NCBI GenBank assembly: GCA_902570505.1
Contig: CACFYR010000002.1
Coordinates: 1,540-65,539 of the forward strand
Reading direction: 5' to 3'
Source of the DNA: an uncultured Pelagibacteraceae bacterium
GTDB taxonomy: Bacteria; Pseudomonadota; Alphaproteobacteria; Pelagibacterales; Pelagibacteraceae
Length of the DNA: 64,000 nucleotides
Position numbers and translations under genes: made by a program. Below the pieces are notes generated by a model. That model worked only from the letters and a program-made list of their open reading frames with translations, had not been told where the DNA came from and ran no database searches. Shown here piece after piece: positions 9,506-19,294 of the stretch. Positions within the stretch are counted from its first letter, which is position 1; every line of letters begins with the position of its first letter.

Positions 9506-10759
9506 TTATCCCAACTTAATATTATCAACCCCTACTAATTTGTTATAAACCCAATAAATTGCGAGGACACCTACTAAAAGCATTAGTCCCATTGCTGAAG
9601 CAAAACTCCAATCAAGTGTGCTTTTCATGTGAAAAGCAATTTGATTACTGATTAAGGTTCCTGATGCACCTCCAACTAAAGCTGGGGTAATATAGTATCC
9701 AATTGCGAGTATAAAAACCAATAAACATCCCGCACCAATTCCTGGGATTGTTAAAGGGAAATAGACTTTCCAAAATGCAACAAAAGGTGTACCCCCTAAT
9801 GATTTACCTGCTCTCATTAGGCTTGGTGAAATAGTTTTCATAACACTATAAAGTGGTAAAACCATAAATGGTAAAAGAATTTGTGTCATGGCAACATATG
9901 TACCCGTTTTATTATACATCATTTCAGGCCTATTATCGTCAGTCACCAATCCGATCCAGACAAAAAAATCATTAACCACTCCTTGCTGTTGCAGCAAAAT
10001 CATCCAACTAGCTGTTCTCACAAGTAGTGATGTCCAAAAAGGTAGCAATACACATATCATTAAAAGGTTGCTGTATTTCATTGGCAAAGTTGCTAGTAAA
10101 TGAGCAATTGGATATGCCATTACAAAACAAAATAAAGTGACAAAAAAGGCTACCTCCAATGTCCTTAACCACAAAATTCTATGAATTCTTCTGTCTTCAG
10201 AGACTTGGATTATTTTTCCATCTTCATCTTCTATTAAGTCCATACCTTTTAAATATTTGGCATATGATATCTCAGGAGCTCTTCTTTTAATTGCTCTCCA
10301 ATATTCAACATTCGCCCATCTTTTGTGTACATCCATAATTTGTTCTTTATAATTTCCATCTTCAAATTTTTTCATTTTTCTTTGTAATTTTTTCAAAATA
10401 CTTTTAAATCCATTTTTTTCATAATTGAGTTGGGTAGCTAATTTTCCAAAAGATTTCTGCTCAATCAATAATTTATAATCTTGATAAAAGGATGCGAAGA
10501 CTTCCTCTTCTGGTAATTCTTTACCATCCCAATTTTCCATAGCTTTATATGTTTTAGGAAGCATGTTGGTAACCATTCGGTCATCAACGCTTCTAAAAAG
10601 CATATCACCGATAGGAAAAACATAGGTAATTATCAAAAAAAGTAACAAAGGACAAACTAGAAGAAATGCTTTAATTTTATTTTTTTTTTCGGCTTTTTTT
10701 AAACTTTCCTCTAAAGGAATTCCATCTGTAGTAAGAATTTTTTGTGTTTCAGAGCTCAT
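9506..10759 (-). CDS. potB: PotB-type ABC permease
   Basis: LLPFWTSLLVRT, LPFMVLPLY, RAGKSLGG, GYYITPALVGG. Confidence 0.9.
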   Translation of the reverse strand: MSSETQKILTTDGIPLEESLKKAEKKNKIKAFLLVCPLLLFLIITYVFPIGDMLFRSVDDRMVTNMLPKTYKAMENWDGKELPEEEVFASFYQDYKLLIEQKSFGKLATQLNYEKNGFKSILKKLQRKMKKFEDGNYKEQIMDVHKRWANVEYWRAIKRRAPEISYAKYLKGMDLIEDEDGKIIQVSEDRRIHRILWLRTLEVAFFVTLFCFVMAYPIAHLLATLPMKYSNLLMICVLLPFWTSLLVRTASWMILLQQQGVVNDFFVWIGLVTDDNRPEMMYNKTGTYVAMTQILLPFMVLPLYSVMKTISPSLMRAGKSLGGTPFVAFWKVYFPLTIPGIGAGCLLVFILAIGYYITPALVGGASGTLISNQIAFHMKSTLDWSFASAMGLMLLVGVLAIYWVYNKLVGVDNIKLG

Positions 10760-10764
10760 AAATT

Positions 10765-10793
10765 AAAAAGGGCGGCTAAATATAACCGCCCTC
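10765..10793 (-). terminator. Rho-independent terminator/stabilising hairpin after the SBP gene
   Basis: Minus strand AGGGCGG-ttatatttag-CCGCCCT followed by TTTT, lying between potD and potB. Confidence 0.8.
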
Positions 10794-10829
10794 AATATAA
10801 TATATAATTTTAATCTTTAAAACTTAAAA

Positions 10830-11944
10830 TTAAAATCCAGCTTTCATTGCTTCCCATTTTTTCACCAAGTTCTGTGCCGTTGTCAGCCCAGTATAATGGA
10901 TCAACTAAGAAGTAGTTTTTAGTATTTGCTGGAGCTGTTGGCATATTTGGTACCATATTAGTTTTACCATCTTTATACCATGGCTCGCCTTTTTCCATTA
11001 CAGCAATTGAAGATTTTCTCCAAGGTGCATATGCGATGTACTTGGCACTTCCAGCTAAACCTTCGGTACTAGTCATTTCTGCTAAAGCTTTTTTAGCATC
11101 AGCCTCGTTAGGTCCACCTTTTACTAATACAAAATATTCATAATCAAGACCTTGAGCATCCCAAACTTGTACTATAGGTGCGCCTTCTCCAACTGTAGCA
11201 TTAAAAAATCTACCGTTCCAGCCAGTTGCCATAACAACTTCTCCACTCATTAACAGTTCTGGCGGTTGAGCACCTGCAGACCAAAAGACACATCCACCTT
11301 TAGGGTCTGTACAAAGTTTTTTGATTTTATCCATTGCTCTTTGAACACCTTTTTCGGTTTCTAAAGCTTCATAGATTTTTGCTCCACCTTTGCCTGGCTT
11401 AACACCGTCTGCAGCTAAAGCTATTTCTAAGTTAGTTAAAGCGCCAGTGTAGATTGCTCTTTTTCCAGGAAATTTTTTTGTGTTAAAGAAATCTTTTATA
11501 GTTTTTGGAGTACCTTTAACATTTTCACTGTTATAAGCATAGTTCCAAGAATATAAAATATTTCCTACTGCACATTTAGAGGGCATACCTGTGAAAAAGT
11601 CTTCACTAGCAGGTGTTCCATCTGGTGCTGGTGGAAAGTCTTTGTCAAAGTCGAATTCAACAAATAAACCTTCGTCACATCCAGTAATAGTATCCATTGC
11701 AAATACATCGATTATATCCCATGTAATTGCTCCAGCCTCTTTTTGCGCTTTAATTTCTGATAATCCACCTGAGTAATCGACCCAATTGATATCGATTCCC
11801 AATTTTAGCAGTGGGATCACCATAACCTAATTTTTGACTTTCTGTATATGCTCCACCCCAAGATGCAACAGTAACTGCAAATGCTGATGTGGCAAATGAA
11901 AGTACAAAAGAAAGGGTAAGTAATAATTTACTTAGTTTTCTCAT
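10830..11944 (-). CDS. potD: PotD-type ABC substrate-binding protein (two frameshifts, near 11805 and 10860)
   Basis: Signal peptide plus ASWGGAYTESQ (ORF 11750..11944) joins ORF 10810..11823 (WDIIDV, PGKRA, GWNGR). Removing one A near 10860 gives the natural end GEKWEAMKAGF* (stop 10830-10832). GGAGG RBS at 11949-11953. Confidence 0.87.
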
Positions 11945-11977
11945 TTATCCTCCGTTTAAACGTTTTATATATTACTA

Positions 11978-12021
11978 ATTACAACAAGTTCGATCAGCAG
12001 AGTCAACTGGTCAATTGTCCA
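11978..12021 (-). promoter_or_regulatory. Putative internal sigma70 promoter for the SBP gene with an adjacent palindromic operator
   Basis: TTGACT (12006-12001)-N17-TGTAAT (11983-11978); near-palindrome TGGTCAATTGTCCA at 12008-12021. Confidence 0.45.
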
Positions 12022-12059
12022 TAATATAAAGGATAATTTTATTGATATTTAAAACTATT

Positions 12060-13146
12060 CTATTTTGGGTCGAGTGCTCTTGCGTCTTGACTATTCCACC
12101 CAATATTAATTGTATTACCTAACTTGATATCTAAATTTTCTGAGCTATTTGGAACTTTCAATATAAAATCTGAATTACCTAATAAACTTAGTCTGACCCT
12201 TGTATGGTCACCATGATATATTACTTCTTCTATCTTGCCTTTATGATTGTTATCCATGCTGCTTTTTGGATTAATTAAAGCCCTTTCTGGTCTTATTGAA
12301 ACTGTGGTTTTTTCACCTTTAGTTTTAACTGAGATTGGATTGGCCAATATTTCTCCACCATTTACCTTCACCTTACACATATCTTTTGAAATATCATATA
12401 CTTCTCCTGCAAAAGTATTGTTTTCACCAATAAATTCTGCAACAAATGAATTTACAGGTTTTTCATATAATTGATCTGGAGAGGATAGTTGTTGAACTTT
12501 TCCGTCATTGAACACTGCTATTCTATTTGACATGGTTAAGGCTTCACCTTGATCATGTGTAACATAAACAACAGTTACCCCTATGCTTTCGTGTATATGT
12601 TTAATTTCATATTGCATGCTTTCTCTTAAATTTTTTATCTAAAGCACCAAGAGGCTCGTCCATTAATACAACAGATGGATCAAACACCAAAGCTCTTGCA
12701 ACTGCAACTCTTTGCTGCTGACCTCCTGACAATTGACCCGGCATTCTATTTTCAAAACCTGATAAAGATACCATAGATAAAGCTTTATCTATTTTTTTAT
12801 CAGCATCATCCTTAGATATTTTTCGTACTCTTAGAGGAAAAGCTAAATTTTCGTAAACAGTCATATGTGGAAATAAAGCATAATTCTGAAAAACCATTCC
12901 TATTCCTCTTTTATGTGGGGGTATATTTGATATAGGGTTTTTATCTAGATAGATTTCGCCGTTAGTAGGAGTTTCAAAACCAGCTAACATCATTAAACAA
13001 GTGGTTTTCCCAGATCCAGAGGGTCCTAACATAGTGATAAATTCTCCTTCGGAAATATCTAAATTTAAATCTTTAACTACAAGAATTTTCCCATCATAGC
13101 TTTTGTCTACTTTTTCAAACTTTACGAACTCTTTATTCTTTGACAT
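12060..13146 (-). CDS. potA: PotA-type ABC ATPase (one frameshift near 12633)
   Basis: GPSGSGKT, LSGGQQQR, LMDEPLGALD. One extra A in an A6 run breaks D-K-N-L-R-E-S-M-Q-Y-E; the second half has YVTHDQGEA and a TOBE-like tail. Confidence 0.88.
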
Positions 13147-13184
13147 TGGTATGTTTTAAAACATTTGTAGAGGATATTTTCAAG

Positions 13185-14351
13185 CTATTTTATATGAAGT
13201 TCTTTGGGGAAATTATTAAGTAATTCATTTCCTTTTTCAGTTACCCTGATAGATTCTGATGCTTCAACACCCCAATCACCAAATTGCATTACAGCAATCA
13301 TATGAAAAGTGACATTAGGTTTTAGCTCAGTCATATCACCTTTATAAATATTTAGCGTATGCTCCCCCCAATCTGGTGGGTATCCTATTCCAATTGAATA
13401 TCCAGTCCTGGACTCTTTTTTAATTTTATATTTATCTAGTACTTTCCAAAATTCCTGAGCGACATGATCTGCTAAGTTTCCTGGTTTAACTACATCTATA
13501 CCCGCATTTAAAGCTTCTATTGTTGCCTTCATTGCGTCAACTTTTTTTTGCTCAGGTTTACCGAGTTGAACTGTCCTTGCAAGTGGAGCATGATATCTTT
13601 TAACACAACCAGATATCTCAATAATTGTGGACTCACCATTTTTAAATTGATCTTGTGTTGCTGTTAAATGTGAAGCTGAAGTTCCTACACCTGTTGGAAG
13701 TAAAGTTGTAATGCTTGCATATTCACCGCCAATATTTTCAGTGCCGTAAAATAATGCTTTTTGAATTTCACCAACAGCATCACATTGTCTTACACCTCTA
13801 TCTATTACGGTCATAGCTGTGTGCATAGCTTTTTCTGTAATTAACGCTGCAGACTTCATGTATTTTATTTCTGCATCAGATTTAACAAGCCTTACCCAAT
13901 TAACCAAACGATTTGAGTCTTTAATATTTGCATTAGGAAGACCATGTTTTATCTTTTCGTAACAAAATGCAGTAAAATAATGAGTATCCATTTCAAGTCC
14001 AATTGAAATTTTATCCCATTTTTTTTCTTTAATAATTTCAACTAAATAATCATATGGATGCTTAGGCCATTTGTGAATATAATTTTCATCATATACAATT
14101 ATATTTTCTTTTTTTAGATATGTTTTAATATAAGCGCCACCAGCATCTTGAGCTCTAACAAAACAAAGCGGCTGATCTAAATCTACATGTACCAATACGC
14201 ATTGGGCATAATAAAAAGACCACGCGTCATAACCAGTAAGATAATACATATTTGCAGTATCATGAGATATTAGTAAATCTATCCCTTTGTCTTGCATTGA
14301 CTTTTTTACATTATTCAACCTTATTTTATATTCTTGATCAGTAAAACTCAT
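13185..14351 (-). CDS. doeA: Ectoine hydrolase DoeA/EutD (M24 family)
   Basis: NMYYLTGYDAWSFY, LVNWVRLVKS, RYHAPLART, RTGYSIGIGYPPDWGEHT signature. Confidence 0.8.
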   Translation of the reverse strand: MSFTDQEYKIRLNNVKKSMQDKGIDLLISHDTANMYYLTGYDAWSFYYAQCVLVHVDLDQPLCFVRAQDAGGAYIKTYLKKENIIVYDENYIHKWPKHPYDYLVEIIKEKKWDKISIGLEMDTHYFTAFCYEKIKHGLPNANIKDSNRLVNWVRLVKSDAEIKYMKSAALITEKAMHTAMTVIDRGVRQCDAVGEIQKALFYGTENIGGEYASITTLLPTGVGTSASHLTATQDQFKNGESTIIEISGCVKRYHAPLARTVQLGKPEQKKVDAMKATIEALNAGIDVVKPGNLADHVAQEFWKVLDKYKIKKESRTGYSIGIGYPPDWGEHTLNIYKGDMTELKPNVTFHMIAVMQFGDWGVEASESIRVTEKGNELLNNFPKELHIK

Positions 14352-15098
14352 TTAATTTGACCTTAGCAATTTCCCAAAACCTCTAATATTATTTTTGATA
14401 CCAATACTTTTAAGTGTATCCCATATTAAAGTTTGATTACTAGAAAATACCAATACGCCTAATTTTTTCTCTAATTTTTCTAAAATAGATAATGCTGGCA
14501 AAGCAGTGCACGAAATAAACAAAGCTTGAGCGCCATTCAATTTCATTTTAGATAAAACTTTAAATAAATATTGATCATTTACTTTACCAATTTCAATATC
14601 TGAGGATATATCAAAGTATGAGTTTGAGGTTACTATAAATTTATTTTTTTCAAAAAAATAAACAATGTCATTATTTAATTTTTTAGGGTAAGGAGTGAAA
14701 ACAGCAACTCTTCTTATTTTAAATTTTTTTAGCGCATTGATTGATGATGTGCTTGGCGTTGTTAATTTTGAGTTTGGTTTAGCCTTCAATACTTTTTTTT
14801 TAACATAATTATATCCTGCAGCAATTGTTCCAGAAGTACAGGCATACGCTACACAATCAACTTTTTCACCTGGCAGAATATCATTGGTTACCTTGGTAAT
14901 ATTTTTTGACATTTTAACAAGATTTTTTCTTGTCAATGGATTAAAACACTCAATTCGATTAACAAACAAATCAATTTTTTTATTTTTTAATACACTTTGA
15001 AAATCTCTCTCAATCATATAATCACTTGCAAGAGCAATTAAACCAATTTTAGGTAACCTGTATTTTTTAAATTTAGGTTTGATTTTGTTAAATTTCAT
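14352..15098 (-). CDS. eutA: EutA-like Asp/Glu racemase / maleate isomerase family protein
   Basis: IGLIALASD, YACTSG, VFTPY, FISCTAL, SSNQ motifs; directly upstream of doeA. Confidence 0.75.
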   Translation of the reverse strand: MKFNKIKPKFKKYRLPKIGLIALASDYMIERDFQSVLKNKKIDLFVNRIECFNPLTRKNLVKMSKNITKVTNDILPGEKVDCVAYACTSGTIAAGYNYVKKKVLKAKPNSKLTTPSTSSINALKKFKIRRVAVFTPYPKKLNNDIVYFFEKNKFIVTSNSYFDISSDIEIGKVNDQYLFKVLSKMKLNGAQALFISCTALPALSILEKLEKKLGVLVFSSNQTLIWDTLKSIGIKNNIRGFGKLLRSN

Positions 15099-15238
15099 AA
15101 AATATAAATATCAATATACATTAGTTATTAACATCTTAAACTTTTTCTCTTAGTAATTTGCGGCTTATTTACTATTGAATTTACTCACTAATAAGATTTA
15201 AATTTGGTTTTATAAATTATTAATAATTAGAGGAAAAT

Positions 15239-16429
15239 ATGAAAAAATTAATATCCGCAATGTTTATATTAGTATCATGCTTTACAACAAAAGCATTTTC
15301 TGATGGGCATGCAATTAAAATGGGGATTATTTTAGGATTTACTGGTCCTATTGAGTCATTAACCCCAGCTATGGCTGCTTCTGCAGAACTAGCGTTCAAA
15401 GAAGCTTCAGACTCAGGAAAATTACTAGGTGGAAAATCTATAATGATTGAGAGAGCTGATAGTACATGTGTTGACTCAGCAGCTGCAACAACGGCAGCAG
15501 AAGGTTTAGTATCAAATGGTGTTTTAGCTATCATGGGTGCAGATTGTTCTGGTGTAACTGGTGCAATTGCAACTAATGTTGCTGTACCAAATGGAGTAGT
15601 TATGATTTCTCCATCTGCAACGTCACCAGGTTTAACAGACCTTAAAGATAAAGGATATTTTTTTAGAACGGCTCCATCAGATGCTAGAGGTGGACAAGTT
15701 TTAGCTGATATCACAAAAGACAGAAAAGTGAAAAGTATTGCTGTCACTCATACTAATAATGACTATGGAAAAGGTTTAGCAGATGTATATGTTGCTGCTG
15801 TGAAAGCTCACGGCATTAAAGTAACAACTGTTACTGCTCACGAAGAAGGTAAAGGTGATTACGGAGCTGAGGTTGCAACATTGGCATCAGCAGGTGGAGA
15901 TGCCTTAGCTGTACTTGGATATCTTGATCAAGCAGGTGGAAGTATTATAGAAGGATCATTAGACTCAGGATCTTTTGATACTTTTGTATTATCTGATGGA
16001 ATGATAGGAGATTCTTTAACTGATAGATTTGGCAAAAATTTGAATAAATCTTTTGGATCTTTACCGGGCTCAACAGGAAAAGGTGCTGGAAAATTTGCTG
16101 AAGTAGCAAAAGCAGGTGGAATAGACTCCTCTGGTCCTTATACTGGAGAATCTTACGATGCAGCTGCGTTAATAACTCTTGCGATGCAAGCGGGTGGCAA
16201 AGGTGATAGAGCTACAATACAAGCCAATGTAATGGATGTAGCCAATGCACCAGGTAAAAAAATCTACCCAGGTGAGTTGGCAAAAGCACTTGATTTGTTA
16301 TCTAAGGGAAAAGATGTAAACTATGAAGGTGCAACTGGAGTAGAATTTACAGAAGTTGGTGAGGCTTTTGGGTCTTTTCTAGAAAAAGAAATCAAAGGTG
16401 GCAAATTTAAAACCAAGAAACAAAGATAA
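15239..16429 (+). CDS. Branched-chain amino acid-type ABC substrate-binding protein
   Basis: Signal peptide; GFTGPIESL, ISPSATSP, FFRTAPSD, NNDYGKG, ESYDAA; AGAGGA RBS. Confidence 0.9.
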   Translation: MKKLISAMFILVSCFTTKAFSDGHAIKMGIILGFTGPIESLTPAMAASAELAFKEASDSGKLLGGKSIMIERADSTCVDSAAATTAAEGLVSNGVLAIMGADCSGVTGAIATNVAVPNGVVMISPSATSPGLTDLKDKGYFFRTAPSDARGGQVLADITKDRKVKSIAVTHTNNDYGKGLADVYVAAVKAHGIKVTTVTAHEEGKGDYGAEVATLASAGGDALAVLGYLDQAGGSIIEGSLDSGSFDTFVLSDGMIGDSLTDRFGKNLNKSFGSLPGSTGKGAGKFAEVAKAGGIDSSGPYTGESYDAAALITLAMQAGGKGDRATIQANVMDVANAPGKKIYPGELAKALDLLSKGKDVNYEGATGVEFTEVGEAFGSFLEKEIKGGKFKTKKQR

Positions 16430-16440
16430 TTAGTAAAATA

Positions 16441-16474
16441 AAAGCCCTGTACATAATTTTACAGGGCTTTTTTT
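16441..16474. terminator. Bidirectional rho-independent terminator
   Basis: AAAGCCCTGTA-cataattt-TACAGGGCTTT flanked by A and T tracts, between convergent genes. Confidence 0.88.
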
Positions 16475-16541
16475 AAAAAAAGTATTTGTCAGCTAGATAC
16501 ATAAAAATTCCAAAGGCAAAACCTAATAACAAATAATACAT
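16473..16541 (-). CDS. Putative 22-aa small membrane protein (unannotated)
   Basis: ATG 1 nt after the thioredoxin stop (TAA-A-ATG): MYYLLLGFAFGIFMYLADKYFF*; ends at the terminator. Confidence 0.45.
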   Translation of the reverse strand: MYYLLLGFAFGIFMYLADKYFF

Positions 16542-16542
16542 T

Positions 16543-16914
16543 TTAAGTAAACTTATTTATAGCTGAATAAATTTCATTTTTGGTTGTTTCACCAATACTT
16601 CTATAAACTTCTTTATTATCTTTGAAGATTAGTATTGTGCTCTGATATTGAACATTAAATAAATTAGAAATTTCTTTATTTGTTACATCAAATGCAAAAT
16701 ATTCTATATTTTCAAAATCAGTTTTAGCTTTATTTAGCACTTTCATTTGACTCGCACATGAATAGCAATATTTAATCCATGAACTAACTATTACAACTTT
16801 GCCTTCAGACTGGGCTTTTTTGAACAACTCTTTATCAAAAGTTGTTTTTTTCTCGGAAGCTATTGAATTTATAGGTATTAAAATAATTAATAATATTAAA
16901 AATTTTTTTATCAT
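16543..16914 (-). CDS. Exported thioredoxin-family protein
   Basis: Signal peptide; WIKYCYSC (CxxC); NVQYQSTILIFK. Confidence 0.8.
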   Translation of the reverse strand: MIKKFLILLIILIPINSIASEKKTTFDKELFKKAQSEGKVVIVSSWIKYCYSCASQMKVLNKAKTDFENIEYFAFDVTNKEISNLFNVQYQSTILIFKDNKEVYRSIGETTKNEIYSAINKFT

Positions 16915-16916
16915 AA

Positions 16917-18287
16917 TTAATTTTTTACAATTTTTTCTGGTAAAATACCCTGCGGTCTATAGCGCATTATGAATAAAAGTCCTATTCCTATAATTAAAAA
17001 TCTGAAATAAGGAGCACTATTAATCAAATGAACTTTTAAATCATTGGTCTCTGGTAGATGAGCTGTAAATAAATTTATCAAAAATAATGATATCGGAGCT
17101 GCCTGAACCCATAAAAACCAAACAACAAATCCACCTAAAATTGCACCAAAATTATTTCCTGTTCCACCAACAATTACCATAACCCAAATCACAAATGTAT
17201 ATCTCATAGGCCTGTAACTACCTGGTGTAAATAATCCATCATTTGTAACCATCATAGCTCCGGCTAAGCCTACTATTGCAGATCCTAATACAAAAATTAA
17301 TAAGTGTTCCTTAACAATATTTTTCCCCATCGCAGCTGCAGATATCTCGTTATCTCTTATGGCTCTCATCTTTCTACCCCATGGAGAGTAAAGAGCTCTT
17401 TGTGTTAAAATTAAAAGTGCAATAACAACAATTAAAAATAAACCTGTAAAACATAACTTTACATAAACTGAAGATGCATCAATAACTAATTGTTTTAATA
17501 TATCCTGATAATCAGATACAGAGTTTACTAAATTAAGTTTCGAGGAATTAAACTTTTCAACTAAATTAATAAACCATTCTGAATTTTGAAGATCAATTTC
17601 ATATGGAGCTGGTCTTTTTAATCCAATTACATTTTTTACACCTCTTGACAACCAATCTTCATGTTTAATTATGGAAACTATTATTTCTGCAATTAATAAA
17701 GTTGCTATAGCTAAGTAGTCTGCTCTTAACCCTAATGCTATCTTTCCAATAACAAATGCAACTCCAGCAGCAAATAATCCTCCTACTATCCAAGAAAACA
17801 ACACTGGAAGACCTAAGCCTCCAAGAAAACCTGTCTTTGCTGGATCTATTGCCTCTATAGCCTCTATTGCAGGTGCTGAAATAAATCGTATTAAAATTAT
17901 TCCAAGAATAATTATACCAGCAATAATTGAATACTTATTCTTTAGTAATTTATATTTTTTTATTATTATTCTAATAGATATAACCATTGAAAAGATTAAA
18001 AATAAACAAATTAAAAGATTTAAACCTCCAACACTCCAGGCTTCTGGAACAGGTGCAACCGATACTAAAACAACCGCCAAACCACCTAAAGCTGTATATC
18101 CCATTATTCCAAAGTTAATAAGACCAGCATATCCCCACTGAATATTTGCACCTATTGTCATTACAGCTGAAATCAAACAATAATTCAAAATTGATAATGC
18201 AATCGACCAAGATTGGAATATACCGACTAAAATGATAAGAATTAGCATTACAGAGTAAGCAGCGATTACATTTGCATAATTTCTCAT
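16917..18287 (-). CDS. livM: LivM-type ABC permease
   Basis: NIQWGYAGLINFG, LRADYLAIATL, WGRKMRAIRDNE, VIVGGTGNN. Confidence 0.88.
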   Translation of the reverse strand: MRNYANVIAAYSVMLILIILVGIFQSWSIALSILNYCLISAVMTIGANIQWGYAGLINFGIMGYTALGGLAVVLVSVAPVPEAWSVGGLNLLICLFLIFSMVISIRIIIKKYKLLKNKYSIIAGIIILGIILIRFISAPAIEAIEAIDPAKTGFLGGLGLPVLFSWIVGGLFAAGVAFVIGKIALGLRADYLAIATLLIAEIIVSIIKHEDWLSRGVKNVIGLKRPAPYEIDLQNSEWFINLVEKFNSSKLNLVNSVSDYQDILKQLVIDASSVYVKLCFTGLFLIVVIALLILTQRALYSPWGRKMRAIRDNEISAAAMGKNIVKEHLLIFVLGSAIVGLAGAMMVTNDGLFTPGSYRPMRYTFVIWVMVIVGGTGNNFGAILGGFVVWFLWVQAAPISLFLINLFTAHLPETNDLKVHLINSAPYFRFLIIGIGLLFIMRYRPQGILPEKIVKN

Positions 18288-19294
18288 ATTTTTTTTCCTT
18301 CAAAAATTCCCGACGGTCTAAAAAGGAGTACAATTACTAAAATTGAGAATGAAATTGCAAATTTATAATCGGTTGATAATAATTGGACTAAAGAGTTAGG
18401 CTCTAATGTTTCGGGTAATATGTAACCAAAAAACTTTTTGTAAGCGTAAGTAAGAAATATTTCTGCAAATGCAATAACATAACCGCCTAAAAAAGCCCCA
18501 TAAGGATTCCCAATTCCACCAACAATGGCAGCGGCAAAAATAGGTAGCATATTATTAAAATAAACAAAGGGTCTGTAGCTTTTATCTAAACCATACAATA
18601 CCCCACCGATCGTTGCTAAAATTCCAGCAATTATCCAAGTAATTAAAACTACCTTTTTTGGATCTATGCCTGACAGTAAAGCTAAATCTTCATTATCAGA
18701 ATAGGCTCTCATCGAAGTTCCTGTTTTAGTTTTGTTTAAAAACCAAAACATGATTGAAACAACAACAATTGTAACAACTATTGTAATAATTTGTGTAGAT
18801 TTGATTGTTAAACCTTCATTTAAACCAGTCATCTGTTTAAATTCGGTCGCTTTTAAAATAAATTTTTCGCCATCAAGAAATCTTCGATCAGATGGGCCTA
18901 TTATAATTCTTATTATTGCTTGGGTAACAAACATCACTCCCACACTGACCATAGCAAGTTGTACAGGGGGACTTTTTTTAATTCTATAATAACTAAAAAC
19001 GAATTTATCAATTATAAGCATATAAAAAATCATCATAAAAATTGCAATGGGAATTGTTAATAAAGCAGTAGGTAAAAACCCTAAAGATAAACCAATTGAC
19101 TGAAAATAGTAAGTTAATAAAACTGCAAACATTGTACCAAAGGACATCATGTCTCCAGTTGCAAAGTTTGCAAATCTTAATATCCCATAAATTAAAGTTA
19201 CAAATATAGCTCCTAAGGCTAGTTGAGAACCATAAGTTAAAGCAGGAAGTATAGTAAAATTTAAAAGTAAAATTATTGCATTAATATAATCCAT
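18284..19294 (-). CDS. livH: LivH-type ABC permease
   Basis: TLIYGILRFANFA, GTSMRAYSDN, AAIVGGIGNP. Confidence 0.88.
   Translation of the reverse strand: MDYINAIILLLNFTILPALTYGSQLALGAIFVTLIYGILRFANFATGDMMSFGTMFAVLLTYYFQSIGLSLGFLPTALLTIPIAIFMMIFYMLIIDKFVFSYYRIKKSPPVQLAMVSVGVMFVTQAIIRIIIGPSDRRFLDGEKFILKATEFKQMTGLNEGLTIKSTQIITIVVTIVVVSIMFWFLNKTKTGTSMRAYSDNEDLALLSGIDPKKVVLITWIIAGILATIGGVLYGLDKSYRPFVYFNNMLPIFAAAIVGGIGNPYGAFLGGYVIAFAEIFLTYAYKKFFGYILPETLEPNSLVQLLSTDYKFAISFSILVIVLLFRPSGIFEGKKI

Noticed and set aside
11750-11944. 64-aa ORF (and 12060..12617, 12607..13146, 8644..9297) as separate genes
   Set aside because: They are frameshift fragments of potD, potA and potC.
15220-15747. 175-aa antisense ORF (likewise 1402..1716, 4117..4485, 8648..9037, 29543..29890, 52655..53134 and other short overlapping ORFs)
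   Set aside because: Shadow frames opposite well-supported genes, with no recognisable motifs.
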